A stretch of DNA of 64,000 bases from assembly GCA_035509435.1 (NCBI GenBank), contig DATJLR010000002.1:69774-133773 (forward strand). The letters run 5' to 3'. The translations under genes were made by a program, and so were the position numbers. Under the pieces are notes generated by a model, which saw only the letters and a list, made by a program, of their open reading frames with translations, was not told where the DNA came from and ran no database searches. Shown piece after piece: positions 1 through 9,815 of the stretch (positions are counted from its first letter, which is position 1; the number at the start of each line of letters is the position of its first letter). The stretch comes from Minisyncoccota bacterium (GTDB lineage Bacteria; Patescibacteriota; Minisyncoccia; UBA6257; 2-01-FULL-56-20).

Positions 1-1
1 G

Positions 2-859
2 GTCCCGGATCCAGGTTCGATGTTTGCCGGATGGTCCGGCGCCTGCTCGGGCACGCAGAGCACCTGCACGCTCGCGCTGAACTCGGACGCGTCCGTGACG
101 GCGACGTTCAACTCGACCGTCTCAAATCCGACATCGACGACATCAGCGGCGCCTTCCCTCACGGGCCTTGGCCCGATATCCGGTCCTGTCGGCACGTCGG
201 TGACGGTCACCGGCGCCAACTTTGGCAACGCGAACACGGTCCTCATGAACGGCCTTGTTGCCGCAACGGATGTTTCGTCGGACGGTTCGTCGCTCACCTT
301 CACGATACCGTCATCGCTCACCCCGAATTGCACGAACGGCGGGGCATGCCCCGCGTATGCGGTGCTCGTGACCTCGAACTCGTATACGGTGAGCGTCCTC
401 ACGAACGGCCAGACGAGCAACTCGCTCACGTTCACGGTAAATACTGCGGGATCTTCCACTGGCTCGGGTTCAGGCTCGGGATCGGGCACCGGCACCGGCA
501 CAGAAACCTCATCGACGATCGTCCTTCCGACGACGATACAGGGTCTTCAGGCGCTCATCGCTTCTCTCGAGGCGCAGCTCGCGACGCTCGAGGCGCAGGT
601 GAATAATTCCTCCCATACGTTCTCCCGCGACCTCCATTACGGAAGCTACGGCAGTGATGTCCAGGCCCTCCAGGAATTTTTGAACCAGAACGGCTACCCG
701 GTTGCCTCGTCGGGCCCCGGCTCTTCCGGCAACGAGTCGGACTACTTCGGCTCCGGAACGCAGAGCGCGCTTGCCGCGTACCAGCAGGCGCACGGGATCA
801 GTCCTGCATCGGGATACTTCGGTTCGATCACGAGAGGATACATCTCCGGACAAAACTGA
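2..859 (+). CDS. 5'-truncated surface protein; IPT/TIG-like beta-sandwich region, GS/GT linker, coiled-coil, C-terminal peptidoglycan-binding (PG_binding_1-like) domain
   Basis: Open frame continues to position 2 with no upstream stop. C-terminal motif GSYGSDVQALQEFLNQNGY...GYFGSGTQSALAAYQQAHGI is typical of PG_binding_1. SGSGSGSGTGTGT linker. Confidence 0.6.
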   Translation, partial: VPDPGSMFAGWSGACSGTQSTCTLALNSDASVTATFNSTVSNPTSTTSAAPSLTGLGPISGPVGTSVTVTGANFGNANTVLMNGLVAATDVSSDGSSLTFTIPSSLTPNCTNGGACPAYAVLVTSNSYTVSVLTNGQTSNSLTFTVNTAGSSTGSGSGSGSGTGTGTETSSTIVLPTTIQGLQALIASLEAQLATLEAQVNNSSHTFSRDLHYGSYGSDVQALQEFLNQNGYPVASSGPGSSGNESDYFGSGTQSALAAYQQAHGISPASGYFGSITRGYISGQN

Positions 860-900
860 CGTCTTTTCCCACAAGAGAACGGCCCGATGGGGCCGTTCTC

Positions 901-2127
901 TTGTGGTATCATGTAGATATGCTGTTCCATTACGTTGCCGCAGACGAAGCGGGGAAGATGGAGGAAGGGGAGCACGAAGCGGACACGCTGGCTGACGTCC
1001 TTCGTTTTCTTGGCGGCAAGCAATTGCGTCCGGTATCGGTAAAGCCGATGCAGAAGGTCAAGGTGGGGTTCTTTAAAAGTTTTTTCGGCGGGATCAACAC
1101 GTCGGACAAGGTGTTCCTCACCAAATATCTTGCGCTCATGCTTCGCGTGGGTACCGACCTCCTTTCGGCGATCAATATTCTCATCCTCGATTTCGACAAG
1201 CCGTCCATGCGCAATTTTCTCCTCGAAGTGCGCGACGACCTGAGCAAGGGGCAGCCTTTCTATATGTCATTCGCGCGCCATCCGAAGGAATTTTCGCCGA
1301 CGGTCATCAATCTTATAAAAGCGGCGGAAGCGTCGGGGACGCTTCAAAAAACGTTCGAAGACCTGAGCGTTTCACTTGAAAAGGAGGCGGAGATACGGAG
1401 CAAAGTGCGCTCGGCGATGATCTATCCGATCGTGCTCGTGTGCATCGCCACCGGCATTCTCACGTTCCTCGTGACATTCGCATTGCCGAAGGTCGCGAAT
1501 GTGTTCTCGCAGAGCGGCATCAATCCGCCGTGGTTCTCGCAGATCGTGTTCACCGTCGGCCTGTTCCTTGGCGCGAACATATTCATCATCCTTCCCGGGG
1601 TCGTCATCCTCGTGGCAGTGCTCGTATGGGTGTCCACGAAGACCAACGCAGGGAAGAAGGTCGCGAGCCGCGTCCTTACCCAGCTTCCCCTTGTCCGCAC
1701 GGTGTATCACGAGATCGCCGTCCAGCGCATGGCGTCGACCATGAGCTCGCTCATGAAGGCCGGATTGCCGATCGTCCAGACGATCGAGATCGCCGCCGAA
1801 ACGGTGGGACTCGACTCATATCGGTCCGCGCTGCTCCGGATCGCAAACGAAGGATTGAGCAAAGGGCTCACGATCGGCGAAGCGTTTCGCCGGGAAACGG
1901 TGTTTCCAAAGATGGTGTCCAACCTCGTCGCCATTTCGGAAAAGGCCGGCCACCTTGAAGAGGTGCTGGATACGCTCGCGCAATTTTATGAATCGAACAT
2001 CGACGGCAACATCAAGGCGCTCGTGTCGCTCCTTGAGCCCGCGATGCTCCTTGTGATGGGCGTCATGGTCGGCGTCATCGCCCTTTCCATCATCGTGCCT
2101 ATCTACCAGCTTACTACTTCGTTCTAA
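901..2127 (+). CDS. pilC: Type IV pilus / type II secretion platform protein (GspF/PilC family)
   Basis: 408-aa polytopic membrane protein with two GspF-type repeats and PilC-like N-terminus. The true start may be the ATG at 919 (MLFHYVAADEAG...). Confidence 0.85.
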   Translation: MWYHVDMLFHYVAADEAGKMEEGEHEADTLADVLRFLGGKQLRPVSVKPMQKVKVGFFKSFFGGINTSDKVFLTKYLALMLRVGTDLLSAINILILDFDKPSMRNFLLEVRDDLSKGQPFYMSFARHPKEFSPTVINLIKAAEASGTLQKTFEDLSVSLEKEAEIRSKVRSAMIYPIVLVCIATGILTFLVTFALPKVANVFSQSGINPPWFSQIVFTVGLFLGANIFIILPGVVILVAVLVWVSTKTNAGKKVASRVLTQLPLVRTVYHEIAVQRMASTMSSLMKAGLPIVQTIEIAAETVGLDSYRSALLRIANEGLSKGLTIGEAFRRETVFPKMVSNLVAISEKAGHLEEVLDTLAQFYESNIDGNIKALVSLLEPAMLLVMGVMVGVIALSIIVPIYQLTTSF

Positions 2128-2131
2128 GCGC

Positions 2132-2614
2132 ATGCGCAAAGGGTTCACGCTCATCGAACTTATTGTCGTGGTCGGGATCATGCTCGCCGTGAGCGCGGTG
2201 GTCTTTTCCAATCTCGCGGGGGAGCGGACGGAGGCCGATCTTACCGCGACGACCCAGCAGGTCACGACGCTCCTGCGCGAAGCGCAAACCGACGCGATGA
2301 CGCAGGAAAACAATTCGCAGGCAGTTGACGCCGCGTGGGGCGTCCATTTTTCGAACGCGACCGCGACGGCGCCGTTCTATGCGCTTTTTACCGGAAGCTA
2401 TTCGCAGAGCAGCACGGTCAGTTCTTATCCGCTTCTTTCGACCGTCGCGTACCAGACCTCCACCCTCCCCGCGGGAGCGACGCTCGACGTGATCTTTTCC
2501 CCCGTCACCGGGTTCCCGTCCGCTTCCGCGACCATCGGGTTCTACATGCCGAAGGAGAATACGGCATTTTCGTCCACCATCGTGGTCGCGCCCACGGGCG
2601 CGGTCAGCTATTAG
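2132..2614 (+). CDS. Prepilin-type N-terminal cleavage/methylation domain pseudopilin
   Basis: N-terminus MRKGFTLIELIVVVGIM is a class III signal peptide (G|FTLIE). 160 aa. Confidence 0.8.
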   Translation: MRKGFTLIELIVVVGIMLAVSAVVFSNLAGERTEADLTATTQQVTTLLREAQTDAMTQENNSQAVDAAWGVHFSNATATAPFYALFTGSYSQSSTVSSYPLLSTVAYQTSTLPAGATLDVIFSPVTGFPSASATIGFYMPKENTAFSSTIVVAPTGAVSY

Positions 2615-2655
2615 CATCGGTGCGCCCCGGGCCGCCGATGTGATAAAATGAGAGC

Positions 2656-4167
2656 ATGACCGTTCACTCCCGCCGCGGGCAGTCCATCACGGAGGTGCTG
2701 ATCTCGATCGCGATCGCCGGGATATTCGCCGCCGGCGCCGCGTCGATCATCGCGCCCGCCCTGCGCGAGAACAGCCAGGCGGGAAAGATCCAGCAGGCCG
2801 CGACGGAGGCGCAATCCCTGCTTGCCGGCGTGCGCGTATGGTCGGAAGCGAACTGGAGCAACGTCCTTTCCCTTGCGACCGGCACGGCGAGCGACTATTA
2901 CCTGATCACATCGTCAACGCCGTACACGGCGACGTCGGGAGTCGAGTCGATCGTCATCGGCACGACGACATACACGCGATATTTTTATCTGACCGATGCG
3001 TATCGCGCGAGCGGCGGCGCGATCTCCAACGCGTCCTCGGGGAACACCTATGATCCCTCCACCAAGCAGATCACCGTGGTGTATGGATGGGCGGGCTCGG
3101 CGACGGGCACAATGAGCGCGTATCTCACCCGGAACGGCGATGTCACGTTCCTTCAGACGGACTGGTCCGGCGGCCCCAATCCGGGCAGGGTGGCGACCAC
3201 CGTCGGCAGCCAGTTTTCCTCGTCCTCCAATATCGACTACACGGACATATCGGGTTCGATATCCATCCCGCTGAACTCCATAACGGACCAATACGGCACG
3301 TGGGTGCTCGTTCCCGGCAACAGCACCTTCGGGACCCCGAACTTTTGGGTCATGAAATATGCGGCGGTCTGCACCAATGGCAGCGGAAGCGTCGTGAATA
3401 CGCCCTCTGATGACGGGGGCTACGATGATGCTTCCAAGAATTGCACATCCGCAAATAGCTTGCAGATCGGCTCGTTTCCCGGCGGCGACCCCATCGTGGA
3501 TGTCTCTCATACGAGCGCCTCTTCTTACTGCCAGTCCATCGGCGCGCATCTTCTCACAAACGACGAGTATATGACGATCGTGACGAACGCCGCAAACCAG
3601 GGTTCCAACTGGACAGGGGGCAGTGTCGGGTCCGGCGGCATATATATCGGCAACGCGAACAATCCGGAGCCGTACCCCGCTGGTTCAAGCGATGCGAACG
3701 GCTATGCGGGTGAATCGGACCTGACCGTCACATATACGAACGACGAGCGGCGCACGTTCACGCTTTCGAACGGGAGCATTGTCTGGGATATGTCCGGCAA
3801 TGTTTGGGAGGATGTTTCCCGGAGCGTGAACGACTCGGGTGACGCCACGACCACCATGTCCATGCCTTCCTGTTCCGATAACTATAACGGGTGGGAAGAT
3901 TGCCAGTTCGGCAATTCGACGATCCCTTATATCACGTCGTATACCTCGGACCTCACGCAGCTTATGCTCGCGCCGCCGAACTCTTCGTGGAATTCGTCCC
4001 AGAATGTCGGCGTGGTCCAAACGTACGGCTCGGGCGGGAATCAGGGGGCCGCCGGCTTTGCCCGTGGCGGCAACGCTGACGACGGCTCGAGCGCCGGCGC
4101 ATTCGCGTTCTTTCCGGTGGATCCGAGCGGCTCCGGCAATTGGCTGGGCTTTCGCTGCTCGCGCTGA
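2656..4167 (+). CDS. Pilin-like protein with C-terminal formylglycine-generating-enzyme (FGE/SUMF1)-like domain
   Basis: N-terminus RRGQSITEVLISIAIAGIFAAGA is pilin-like with Glu at +5. C-terminal region has DMSGNVWEDV and terminal GFRCSR, hallmarks of the FGE-sulfatase/DUF323 fold. Confidence 0.65.
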   Translation: MTVHSRRGQSITEVLISIAIAGIFAAGAASIIAPALRENSQAGKIQQAATEAQSLLAGVRVWSEANWSNVLSLATGTASDYYLITSSTPYTATSGVESIVIGTTTYTRYFYLTDAYRASGGAISNASSGNTYDPSTKQITVVYGWAGSATGTMSAYLTRNGDVTFLQTDWSGGPNPGRVATTVGSQFSSSSNIDYTDISGSISIPLNSITDQYGTWVLVPGNSTFGTPNFWVMKYAAVCTNGSGSVVNTPSDDGGYDDASKNCTSANSLQIGSFPGGDPIVDVSHTSASSYCQSIGAHLLTNDEYMTIVTNAANQGSNWTGGSVGSGGIYIGNANNPEPYPAGSSDANGYAGESDLTVTYTNDERRTFTLSNGSIVWDMSGNVWEDVSRSVNDSGDATTTMSMPSCSDNYNGWEDCQFGNSTIPYITSYTSDLTQLMLAPPNSSWNSSQNVGVVQTYGSGGNQGAAGFARGGNADDGSSAGAFAFFPVDPSGSGNWLGFRCSR

Positions 4168-4179
4168 TACTATAAGGAT

Positions 4180-5124
4180 ATGAGAACGACCATCGCCGGC
4201 AGCAAGAGCAAGCGCTGTTCCATCCGCTCCGGGCTGTTCTTTGTTTGCGCCGCGATCGGCGGCATCTTTTTCGCGTTCGCGTTTTCCCCGTCGCGCGCGC
4301 TTGCCGCGACGAATATAAATGCGACCTCGTCGCAGCACTCTGCGTGGAACGACGAGATCGGCTGGATAGATTTTTACAGTACCGGCAATGTGACGGTGGG
4401 ATCAAGCCAGCTCACGGGCTATGCAAGCTCATCGGCCGGCCCGATATCCCTGGATTGCGCCACAAGCCCGTCGGGGAACATCTGCTCGTCCAGCGAATAT
4501 GACGTCTCGAACGATGGATCGGGAGATCTTTCGGGGTGGGCGTGGAACGACGAGATCGGCTGGATATCGTTCTATTGGGGGAACGCGTCCGCAAATTCCG
4601 CGGCCACAACGACCGCGCTTTGCCAGTCCTACGGTTCATATTGCGGCGTTTCCATAAACGGCTCAGGCGTATTCCAGGGGTGGGCGTGGAATGACGACGT
4701 GGGATGGATCGATTTCAATTGCGCCAACGTTTCCGAGAGTATCTGTTCAACATCCAACTTCGAAGTCGCGACATCGTGGGCCCCGCAAGCGGCGACAGGG
4801 ACCCTCGATTCTCAGACGTTTGACACCGGCGTCGCTGCCGGCGCGCAGCTGAATTCGGTCACGTGGTACGGCTCTTTGCCTGCGGGCACATCCGTGGCAT
4901 TTCAGATCGCCGTGAGCAACAGCTCGAGCGGTCCGTGGAACTTCCAGGGCACCGACGGCACTTCGGCAACGACCTATCCCACCCTTGAGGGGGTTCCCAC
5001 GCCGCTGACCAATTATTCATCCCTCAGCGGACGCTATTTCCGATACCGCATCATCCTCACTTCCGATCTCGCGCAGACGGTTTCGCCGCGTGTTGACTCG
5101 GTGATCGTCAATTGGAGCCCATAA
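4180..5124 (+). CDS. Secreted protein with three Trp-rich tandem repeats (consensus W(A)WND(E/D)(I/V)GWI(D/S)F)
   Basis: N-terminal signal/TM segment. Repeats SAWNDEIGWIDFY, GWAWNDEIGWISFYW and GWAWNDDVGWIDFNC, each flanked by Cys pairs. Confidence 0.5.
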   Translation: MRTTIAGSKSKRCSIRSGLFFVCAAIGGIFFAFAFSPSRALAATNINATSSQHSAWNDEIGWIDFYSTGNVTVGSSQLTGYASSSAGPISLDCATSPSGNICSSSEYDVSNDGSGDLSGWAWNDEIGWISFYWGNASANSAATTTALCQSYGSYCGVSINGSGVFQGWAWNDDVGWIDFNCANVSESICSTSNFEVATSWAPQAATGTLDSQTFDTGVAAGAQLNSVTWYGSLPAGTSVAFQIAVSNSSSGPWNFQGTDGTSATTYPTLEGVPTPLTNYSSLSGRYFRYRIILTSDLAQTVSPRVDSVIVNWSP

Positions 5125-5155
5125 AAAAGCACCGCCCTATGTTATAATTGAAAAT

Positions 5156-5962
5156 ATGAAAAGAGGATTCACGCTTGTTGAAATGCTCATCGCGATCGGT
5201 CTGTTCACCATCATCGTGGTCTCCCTCATCGCGATCCTGACGGTGGTGGTACAGGTGCAGGTGCGTTCTTCGTCCGCCGCCGCGGTGGATCAGGAAAGCC
5301 AGTTCCTCCTGCAGAAACTGCAATATTATATCGGCACTGCAAGCATCGTCGACATTGTAACCTCCACTCCGACGTCTACCCTCAAGCTTCAGGTGGCGAG
5401 TTCGTCGCTCGACCCGACCTATATCACGCTTGCGAGCGGCACCGTATACCTTCAGCAGGCGAGCGGCACGCTCCAGGCGCTCACTTCCAACCGTGTCACG
5501 GTCTCAAATCTTTCGTTCACGCGCCAGTCCAATCCTCCCGGCCATGACCTGGTGAGCATTTCGTACGCCATGTCGTACAACACAGTGAACGTCAAACAGG
5601 CGTTCAGCCAATTGTTCCAGACGGCGATCGAACATGTTTCCGCCGCCACGTTCGACACCGGCGTATATCCGTCGGTGAACGGTTCCGAACCGCTCGGCGC
5701 GAGCGGCCAGGCATGGAGTTCCATAAACGGCACGATAGATTTCAGCGGAAGCAATGTGGGGATCGGCACGCTTTCGCCCGGACAGGCGCTCGAAGTGAAC
5801 GGCGGCATCCGGCTGAATCCGAGCGGTTCGGAGCCGGCGTGCAACAGCAGTTCGAGCGCGCGCGGGACGCTGTGGTTCCAGGCCGGCGGGGGAGGTAAGG
5901 ATTCCCTCTATCTTTGCGCGCAGAACAGCGGCGGGACGCTTGGCTGGCAGCAGATATATTAA
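5156..5962 (+). CDS. Prepilin-type N-terminal cleavage/methylation domain pseudopilin
   Basis: MKRGFTLVEMLIAIGLFTIIV (G|FTLVE) class III signal peptide. 268 aa. An extended -10-like TTATAAT lies upstream. Confidence 0.75.
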   Translation: MKRGFTLVEMLIAIGLFTIIVVSLIAILTVVVQVQVRSSSAAAVDQESQFLLQKLQYYIGTASIVDIVTSTPTSTLKLQVASSSLDPTYITLASGTVYLQQASGTLQALTSNRVTVSNLSFTRQSNPPGHDLVSISYAMSYNTVNVKQAFSQLFQTAIEHVSAATFDTGVYPSVNGSEPLGASGQAWSSINGTIDFSGSNVGIGTLSPGQALEVNGGIRLNPSGSEPACNSSSSARGTLWFQAGGGGKDSLYLCAQNSGGTLGWQQIY

Positions 5963-5984
5963 CGATAAATGATATACTGGATGT

Positions 5985-6527
5985 ATGAGCAATAGACAAA
6001 AAACTCTGGCACTCGTCGTCGCGGCGCTCGTGATAGTGGCCGCGGGCGCGTGGGTGTGGATCTCATATGACCATAACGGAACTGAAGGCGGTTCCGGAGG
6101 GTCTGTTGCGACAGGGACGCCGACCTCGGCGACGCGCGCGCCGGTTCCCGCGGGTACGGTCGTGCCGAACGAGGGCGCGACCGATACGCCGGCCGGTGTC
6201 GCGGTTCCCGCGGTGCAGAGCATCGGCGACCCGTCAGGCAATACGAGCTACCGCAGTTTCAATATCACCGCGCAGGGCGGCACGTTCTCGCCGGCGACGA
6301 TTGCGGTGAATGAAGGTGATACCGTTGACCTTGAAATAACCGCTGCCGACGCGGCCTATTCGTTCACGCAGCCGGATTACGGGTTCAATGCCGCGATCGC
6401 CAAGGGCAAGACCCAACGTATTCAGTTCCAGGCATTACAGACCGGCGACTTCATTTTCTATTGCGGATCATGCGGCGGCCCGGCGAAAGGTCCGGTCGGG
6501 CACATCATCGTAACGGCAAAACAATAG
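5985..6527 (+). CDS. Membrane-anchored protein with possible cupredoxin-like C-terminal domain
   Basis: N-terminal TM anchor. C-terminal FIFYCGSCGG...GPVGHIIV resembles cupredoxin-like folds; weak. Confidence 0.4.
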   Translation: MSNRQKTLALVVAALVIVAAGAWVWISYDHNGTEGGSGGSVATGTPTSATRAPVPAGTVVPNEGATDTPAGVAVPAVQSIGDPSGNTSYRSFNITAQGGTFSPATIAVNEGDTVDLEITAADAAYSFTQPDYGFNAAIAKGKTQRIQFQALQTGDFIFYCGSCGGPAKGPVGHIIVTAKQ

Positions 6528-6536
6528 CAACGCATC

Positions 6537-7868
6537 ATGAAGAAAAAGATCATCACCATCAGCGCGGCAGCCGCCGTTTTCGGCGGGATCTTTGCCTTTG
6601 CGTTCAACGCGCTCGCGTTCGTGGGACCGACGCAGAATCCGCCGGGCGGGAATGGGGCATTTGCGAGCGACAGTTCCAATAACCTTGCCATCGGCACTTC
6701 GACGACGGCGTCAACGACGAAATTTTTGGTGATTGGCGCGTCGAATGACGCAAGCACCTACGCCATAGCGATAAAAAGCAGCAATGCAACCCCGCTTCTG
6801 CTTGTCCGTGACGACGGAGCGGTATCTATCGCCACCACGACCGTGACCGCCGGGAGCACGGTCATCGGCAACAACCTCGTCGTGGGCGGGACCGTGACCG
6901 CGAGCGGATTAGGAGGGTCCACCATCAGCGCGGGAAATGTTTCTGCCGGACAGTTCGGTTCCAATACCGGAGGCGGGAACTTCAGCTTTCCGGCGGCCGT
7001 GAACGTATCCGGTACCCTTTCCGCCGCGAGCGGGACGTTCACTGGTCCCGTCAGCATCAACACATCCACCCAGCGTGGAGTGTTTACCGTCGCCACAGGG
7101 AGCTATGGAATGTTCGAGGCGACGAACGGCAATTTTGAAATCTACAACAACCAAAGCAGCCCTCTCGCTCCTGTGGCCGCTCTTGATATAGAAGGCGTAA
7201 ATAGCAACGGCATCACAGACCTTCTTGCGCTCCACAACAATTCGGGAGGTACTGGGAACGGCGCAGGAATTGTGTTCAGCGCTGTGGGAGGGGGTTGGGC
7301 AACGGAAGCGGAAATCCATCAAGTAAGAACCAGTCTTGTCGGCAGCTACGATGCGGATTTGGTTTTTCAAACAGATAGGAACAATGTTTTGACGGAAGAC
7401 GCCCGCTTCACGAGCAACGGTTCCCTTGACGTGAATACCACCTCGACTTCCCTTGGGGTGGGCATCAACGACAATGGGTCTGAAATCGTAACAGGAAAAC
7501 TGTACGACGGGTCGGGGAACGCATATGCAACTTCATCATCGGTGACCTTCAATATCTATAACGCGACGACAACGGTGCCGTACAGCCTCTCCAAGATCTA
7601 TACTGCCAATGCAAAGACGGTCGTATCGGTCTCGTGCTCCGAATACGCATCGGCGACGACGACCGTGCAGCTTTTCTACACTACTTCCACGGCAAATACG
7701 ACGGGGCCGGTCGTCCTGTCGTCCATTGCATGCGGCCATGCAGGCGCTTCTACGGCGTCGTTCACCAACGCGACGATCCCCGCGGGCGGGTATCTGTTCA
7801 GCAGCGTGACCGCGACCGCCGGAACTCCTACGTGGACGACGGTGAATGTCGCCGCAGCTTCGCAATGA
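6537..7868 (+). CDS. Secreted Gly/Thr/Ser-rich protein (pilus-associated or surface protein)
   Basis: Signal peptide MKKKIITISAAAAVFGGIFAFAFNALA, low-complexity G/T/S/A-rich body. The stop overlaps the next gene's start (ATGA). Confidence 0.5.
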   Translation: MKKKIITISAAAAVFGGIFAFAFNALAFVGPTQNPPGGNGAFASDSSNNLAIGTSTTASTTKFLVIGASNDASTYAIAIKSSNATPLLLVRDDGAVSIATTTVTAGSTVIGNNLVVGGTVTASGLGGSTISAGNVSAGQFGSNTGGGNFSFPAAVNVSGTLSAASGTFTGPVSINTSTQRGVFTVATGSYGMFEATNGNFEIYNNQSSPLAPVAALDIEGVNSNGITDLLALHNNSGGTGNGAGIVFSAVGGGWATEAEIHQVRTSLVGSYDADLVFQTDRNNVLTEDARFTSNGSLDVNTTSTSLGVGINDNGSEIVTGKLYDGSGNAYATSSSVTFNIYNATTTVPYSLSKIYTANAKTVVSVSCSEYASATTTVQLFYTTSTANTTGPVVLSSIACGHAGASTASFTNATIPAGGYLFSSVTATAGTPTWTTVNVAAASQ

Positions 7869-9352
7869 TGAAGAAGGGATATTTCATTCTGGCTTTTGCG
7901 CTTACGGTCGTCGCGTGCGTGGCGGTGGTGATGGGGTTGCGGGAGAAGGCCAGTGCGACCGGCATCACATTTGTGCAGGCCGCGAGCTCCACGTCAGAGT
8001 ATAATAGCGGGCCTTATTCTAGCGCGAGCGCCCAGTTCACCGGCAGCGTCACGACGGGCAATATGATCGTGGTAATCATCCAGTACGGGAAGAACAGCAA
8101 TTATTATGGCGGCATGACGAGCAATGATGTTGTGACAGGGTGCAGCGACACGAACAACGGCACGTCGAGCTACCGTGAGGCGATCGATGCGGTGGGCGGC
8201 GGCTACAACGGCATCGATCTGTGGTATGCCACGAATGTGACGGGCGGTGCGGCTCCGACGGTCACCTGCACGATCAATCCGGCCGTCGGCAATATTTCGA
8301 TGGGCATCGCGGAATATTCCGGCGTGGCGGCCTCTTCGGCTCTCGACACGGCCACATTTATCAATGATTCTCCCACATCGACGTCTTGGAGCTCGGGAAG
8401 CGCCACGACGCAATCCTCGGGCGACCTCATCATCGGCGGATTCGAAGCCCCGTATCAGACGCTTACCTTTACTCCCGCATCCGGTTTTACAAAAAGGATC
8501 GACCAAGGCGGAAGCACCGGGCTCATGATGGAGGATACGATACAGTCCTCGGCCGGTTCCATAGCGGCTGCCGCCACATCTTCGGTTGCCGTAGTGCATC
8601 AGGAGGCCTTCATGGCGGCATTCCGTCCTGCGGGCGCTTCGCTTCCTTCTGGCATACGGTGGATCCAAAATGCGAACAATATCATCACGAATGGCGTGAA
8701 CCCGACCACCACGTTCATCAATCCTGTGACAACGGGGGATACAATAGTGGTCGGACTGTCATACGGTGACGCCACGACGGGCATCACCGGCTGCAGCGAT
8801 ACATATGATTCTTCATCTTCATATCATCTTGCCGCAGCGACCAGCAGCGTGCCCGCATTCGCCTCTATCGACGTCTGGTATGCCGCGAACGTGACGGGCG
8901 GCGCGAACGATACGGTTACCTGCACCGTGGCATCGGGTCACTCGATATACGCCAAGATAATCACCGCATCGGAATATGCCGGCATTGCAACTTCGAGCCC
9001 GCTTGATACGACTTCGGCGTCGTATTCGTCGGCAAGCACGACTTTCTTCACCACCGGGACATCCACTACGAGCCATAACGGCGATCTCGTCTTCGGCATG
9101 ATAAGCCATTTGACGGACGACAACACCGATTTCTTGACCCCTGGTTCGGGATACACTGTACGCGCGAATAACACCGGGTCGGGAGCGGAGGATATGGTGC
9201 AGACGTCCGCGGGGCCCGTTTCGGCGTATGCGACCAATTCTGAATCGGATACATATCTCGGCGTTCTCGCGGCGTTCGTGCCGGCAAACGGCGTTTCCTC
9301 TCCTTCGTACGCGTCTACGCCGTACACAGAGATATTATCGTTCGGATGGTGA
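7865..9352 (+). CDS. Membrane-anchored/secreted Thr/Ser/Gly-rich protein
   Basis: Start reassigned to ATG at 7865 (MMKKGYFILAFALTVVACVAVV, signal anchor). The track ORF from 7634 would overlap the previous gene. Confidence 0.5.
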   Translation: MMKKGYFILAFALTVVACVAVVMGLREKASATGITFVQAASSTSEYNSGPYSSASAQFTGSVTTGNMIVVIIQYGKNSNYYGGMTSNDVVTGCSDTNNGTSSYREAIDAVGGGYNGIDLWYATNVTGGAAPTVTCTINPAVGNISMGIAEYSGVAASSALDTATFINDSPTSTSWSSGSATTQSSGDLIIGGFEAPYQTLTFTPASGFTKRIDQGGSTGLMMEDTIQSSAGSIAAAATSSVAVVHQEAFMAAFRPAGASLPSGIRWIQNANNIITNGVNPTTTFINPVTTGDTIVVGLSYGDATTGITGCSDTYDSSSSYHLAAATSSVPAFASIDVWYAANVTGGANDTVTCTVASGHSIYAKIITASEYAGIATSSPLDTTSASYSSASTTFFTTGTSTTSHNGDLVFGMISHLTDDNTDFLTPGSGYTVRANNTGSGAEDMVQTSAGPVSAYATNSESDTYLGVLAAFVPANGVSSPSYASTPYTEILSFGW

Positions 9353-9392
9353 CGTGATAGCCCCCGCAGGCGCGAAAGGGTATAATAAAAAC

Positions 9393-9809
9393 GTGGATCA
9401 TAAGGGATTTTTTAAAAAAGGGCAGGCGTTTTTGGCGTTGACGTTCTTTATAGGAGGGATCCTGGCCATTGCAGGTATTCTGATAGCGTTCTTTGCCCTT
9501 TCATATATTGATACTGGATACGGGGCAGCCGCATCCTTCCGGGCGGACGCTGCCGCGACGGCGGGAGCGGAAGATGCCCTGTTACAGCTTGACCGCAATG
9601 CCGCGTTCAGCAATACATCGGGATATGCCGTGAATTCCGGATCCGCATCCGCGACGGTGACGGTGACGCAAAATTCCCCTTCGGCGGGTCAGGTGGCCAT
9701 CCTCTCCGCTTCCACGGTGGGGGGGCATACGAAAAAGATCAGTGCCGTTGTTTCGGAAGATCCGACGACGGGACAGGTGAGCGTCGTTTCATGGACGGAA
9801 ATACAATAA
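9393..9809 (+). CDS. Small membrane-anchored pilin-like hypothetical protein; start uncertain
   Basis: Hydrophobic segment AFLALTFFIGGILAIAGILIAFFAL followed by a Ser/Thr-rich domain. The start could be GTG at 9393; the track ORF begins at 9228. Confidence 0.35.
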   Translation: MDHKGFFKKGQAFLALTFFIGGILAIAGILIAFFALSYIDTGYGAAASFRADAAATAGAEDALLQLDRNAAFSNTSGYAVNSGSASATVTVTQNSPSAGQVAILSASTVGGHTKKISAVVSEDPTTGQVSVVSWTEIQ

Positions 9810-9815
9810 TATTTC

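Noticed and set aside
3685-4405. Minus-strand ORFs 3685..4338 and 3962..4405 inside the pilin-FGE gene and the W-repeat gene
   Set aside because: Arg-rich antisense artefacts.
7634-7864. Upstream extension of the ORF at 7634 (MLRIRIGDDDRAAF...)
   Set aside because: The extension overlaps the preceding gene in another frame and is Arg-rich. The ATG at 7865 gives a canonical signal-anchor start and an ATGA stop-start overlap.
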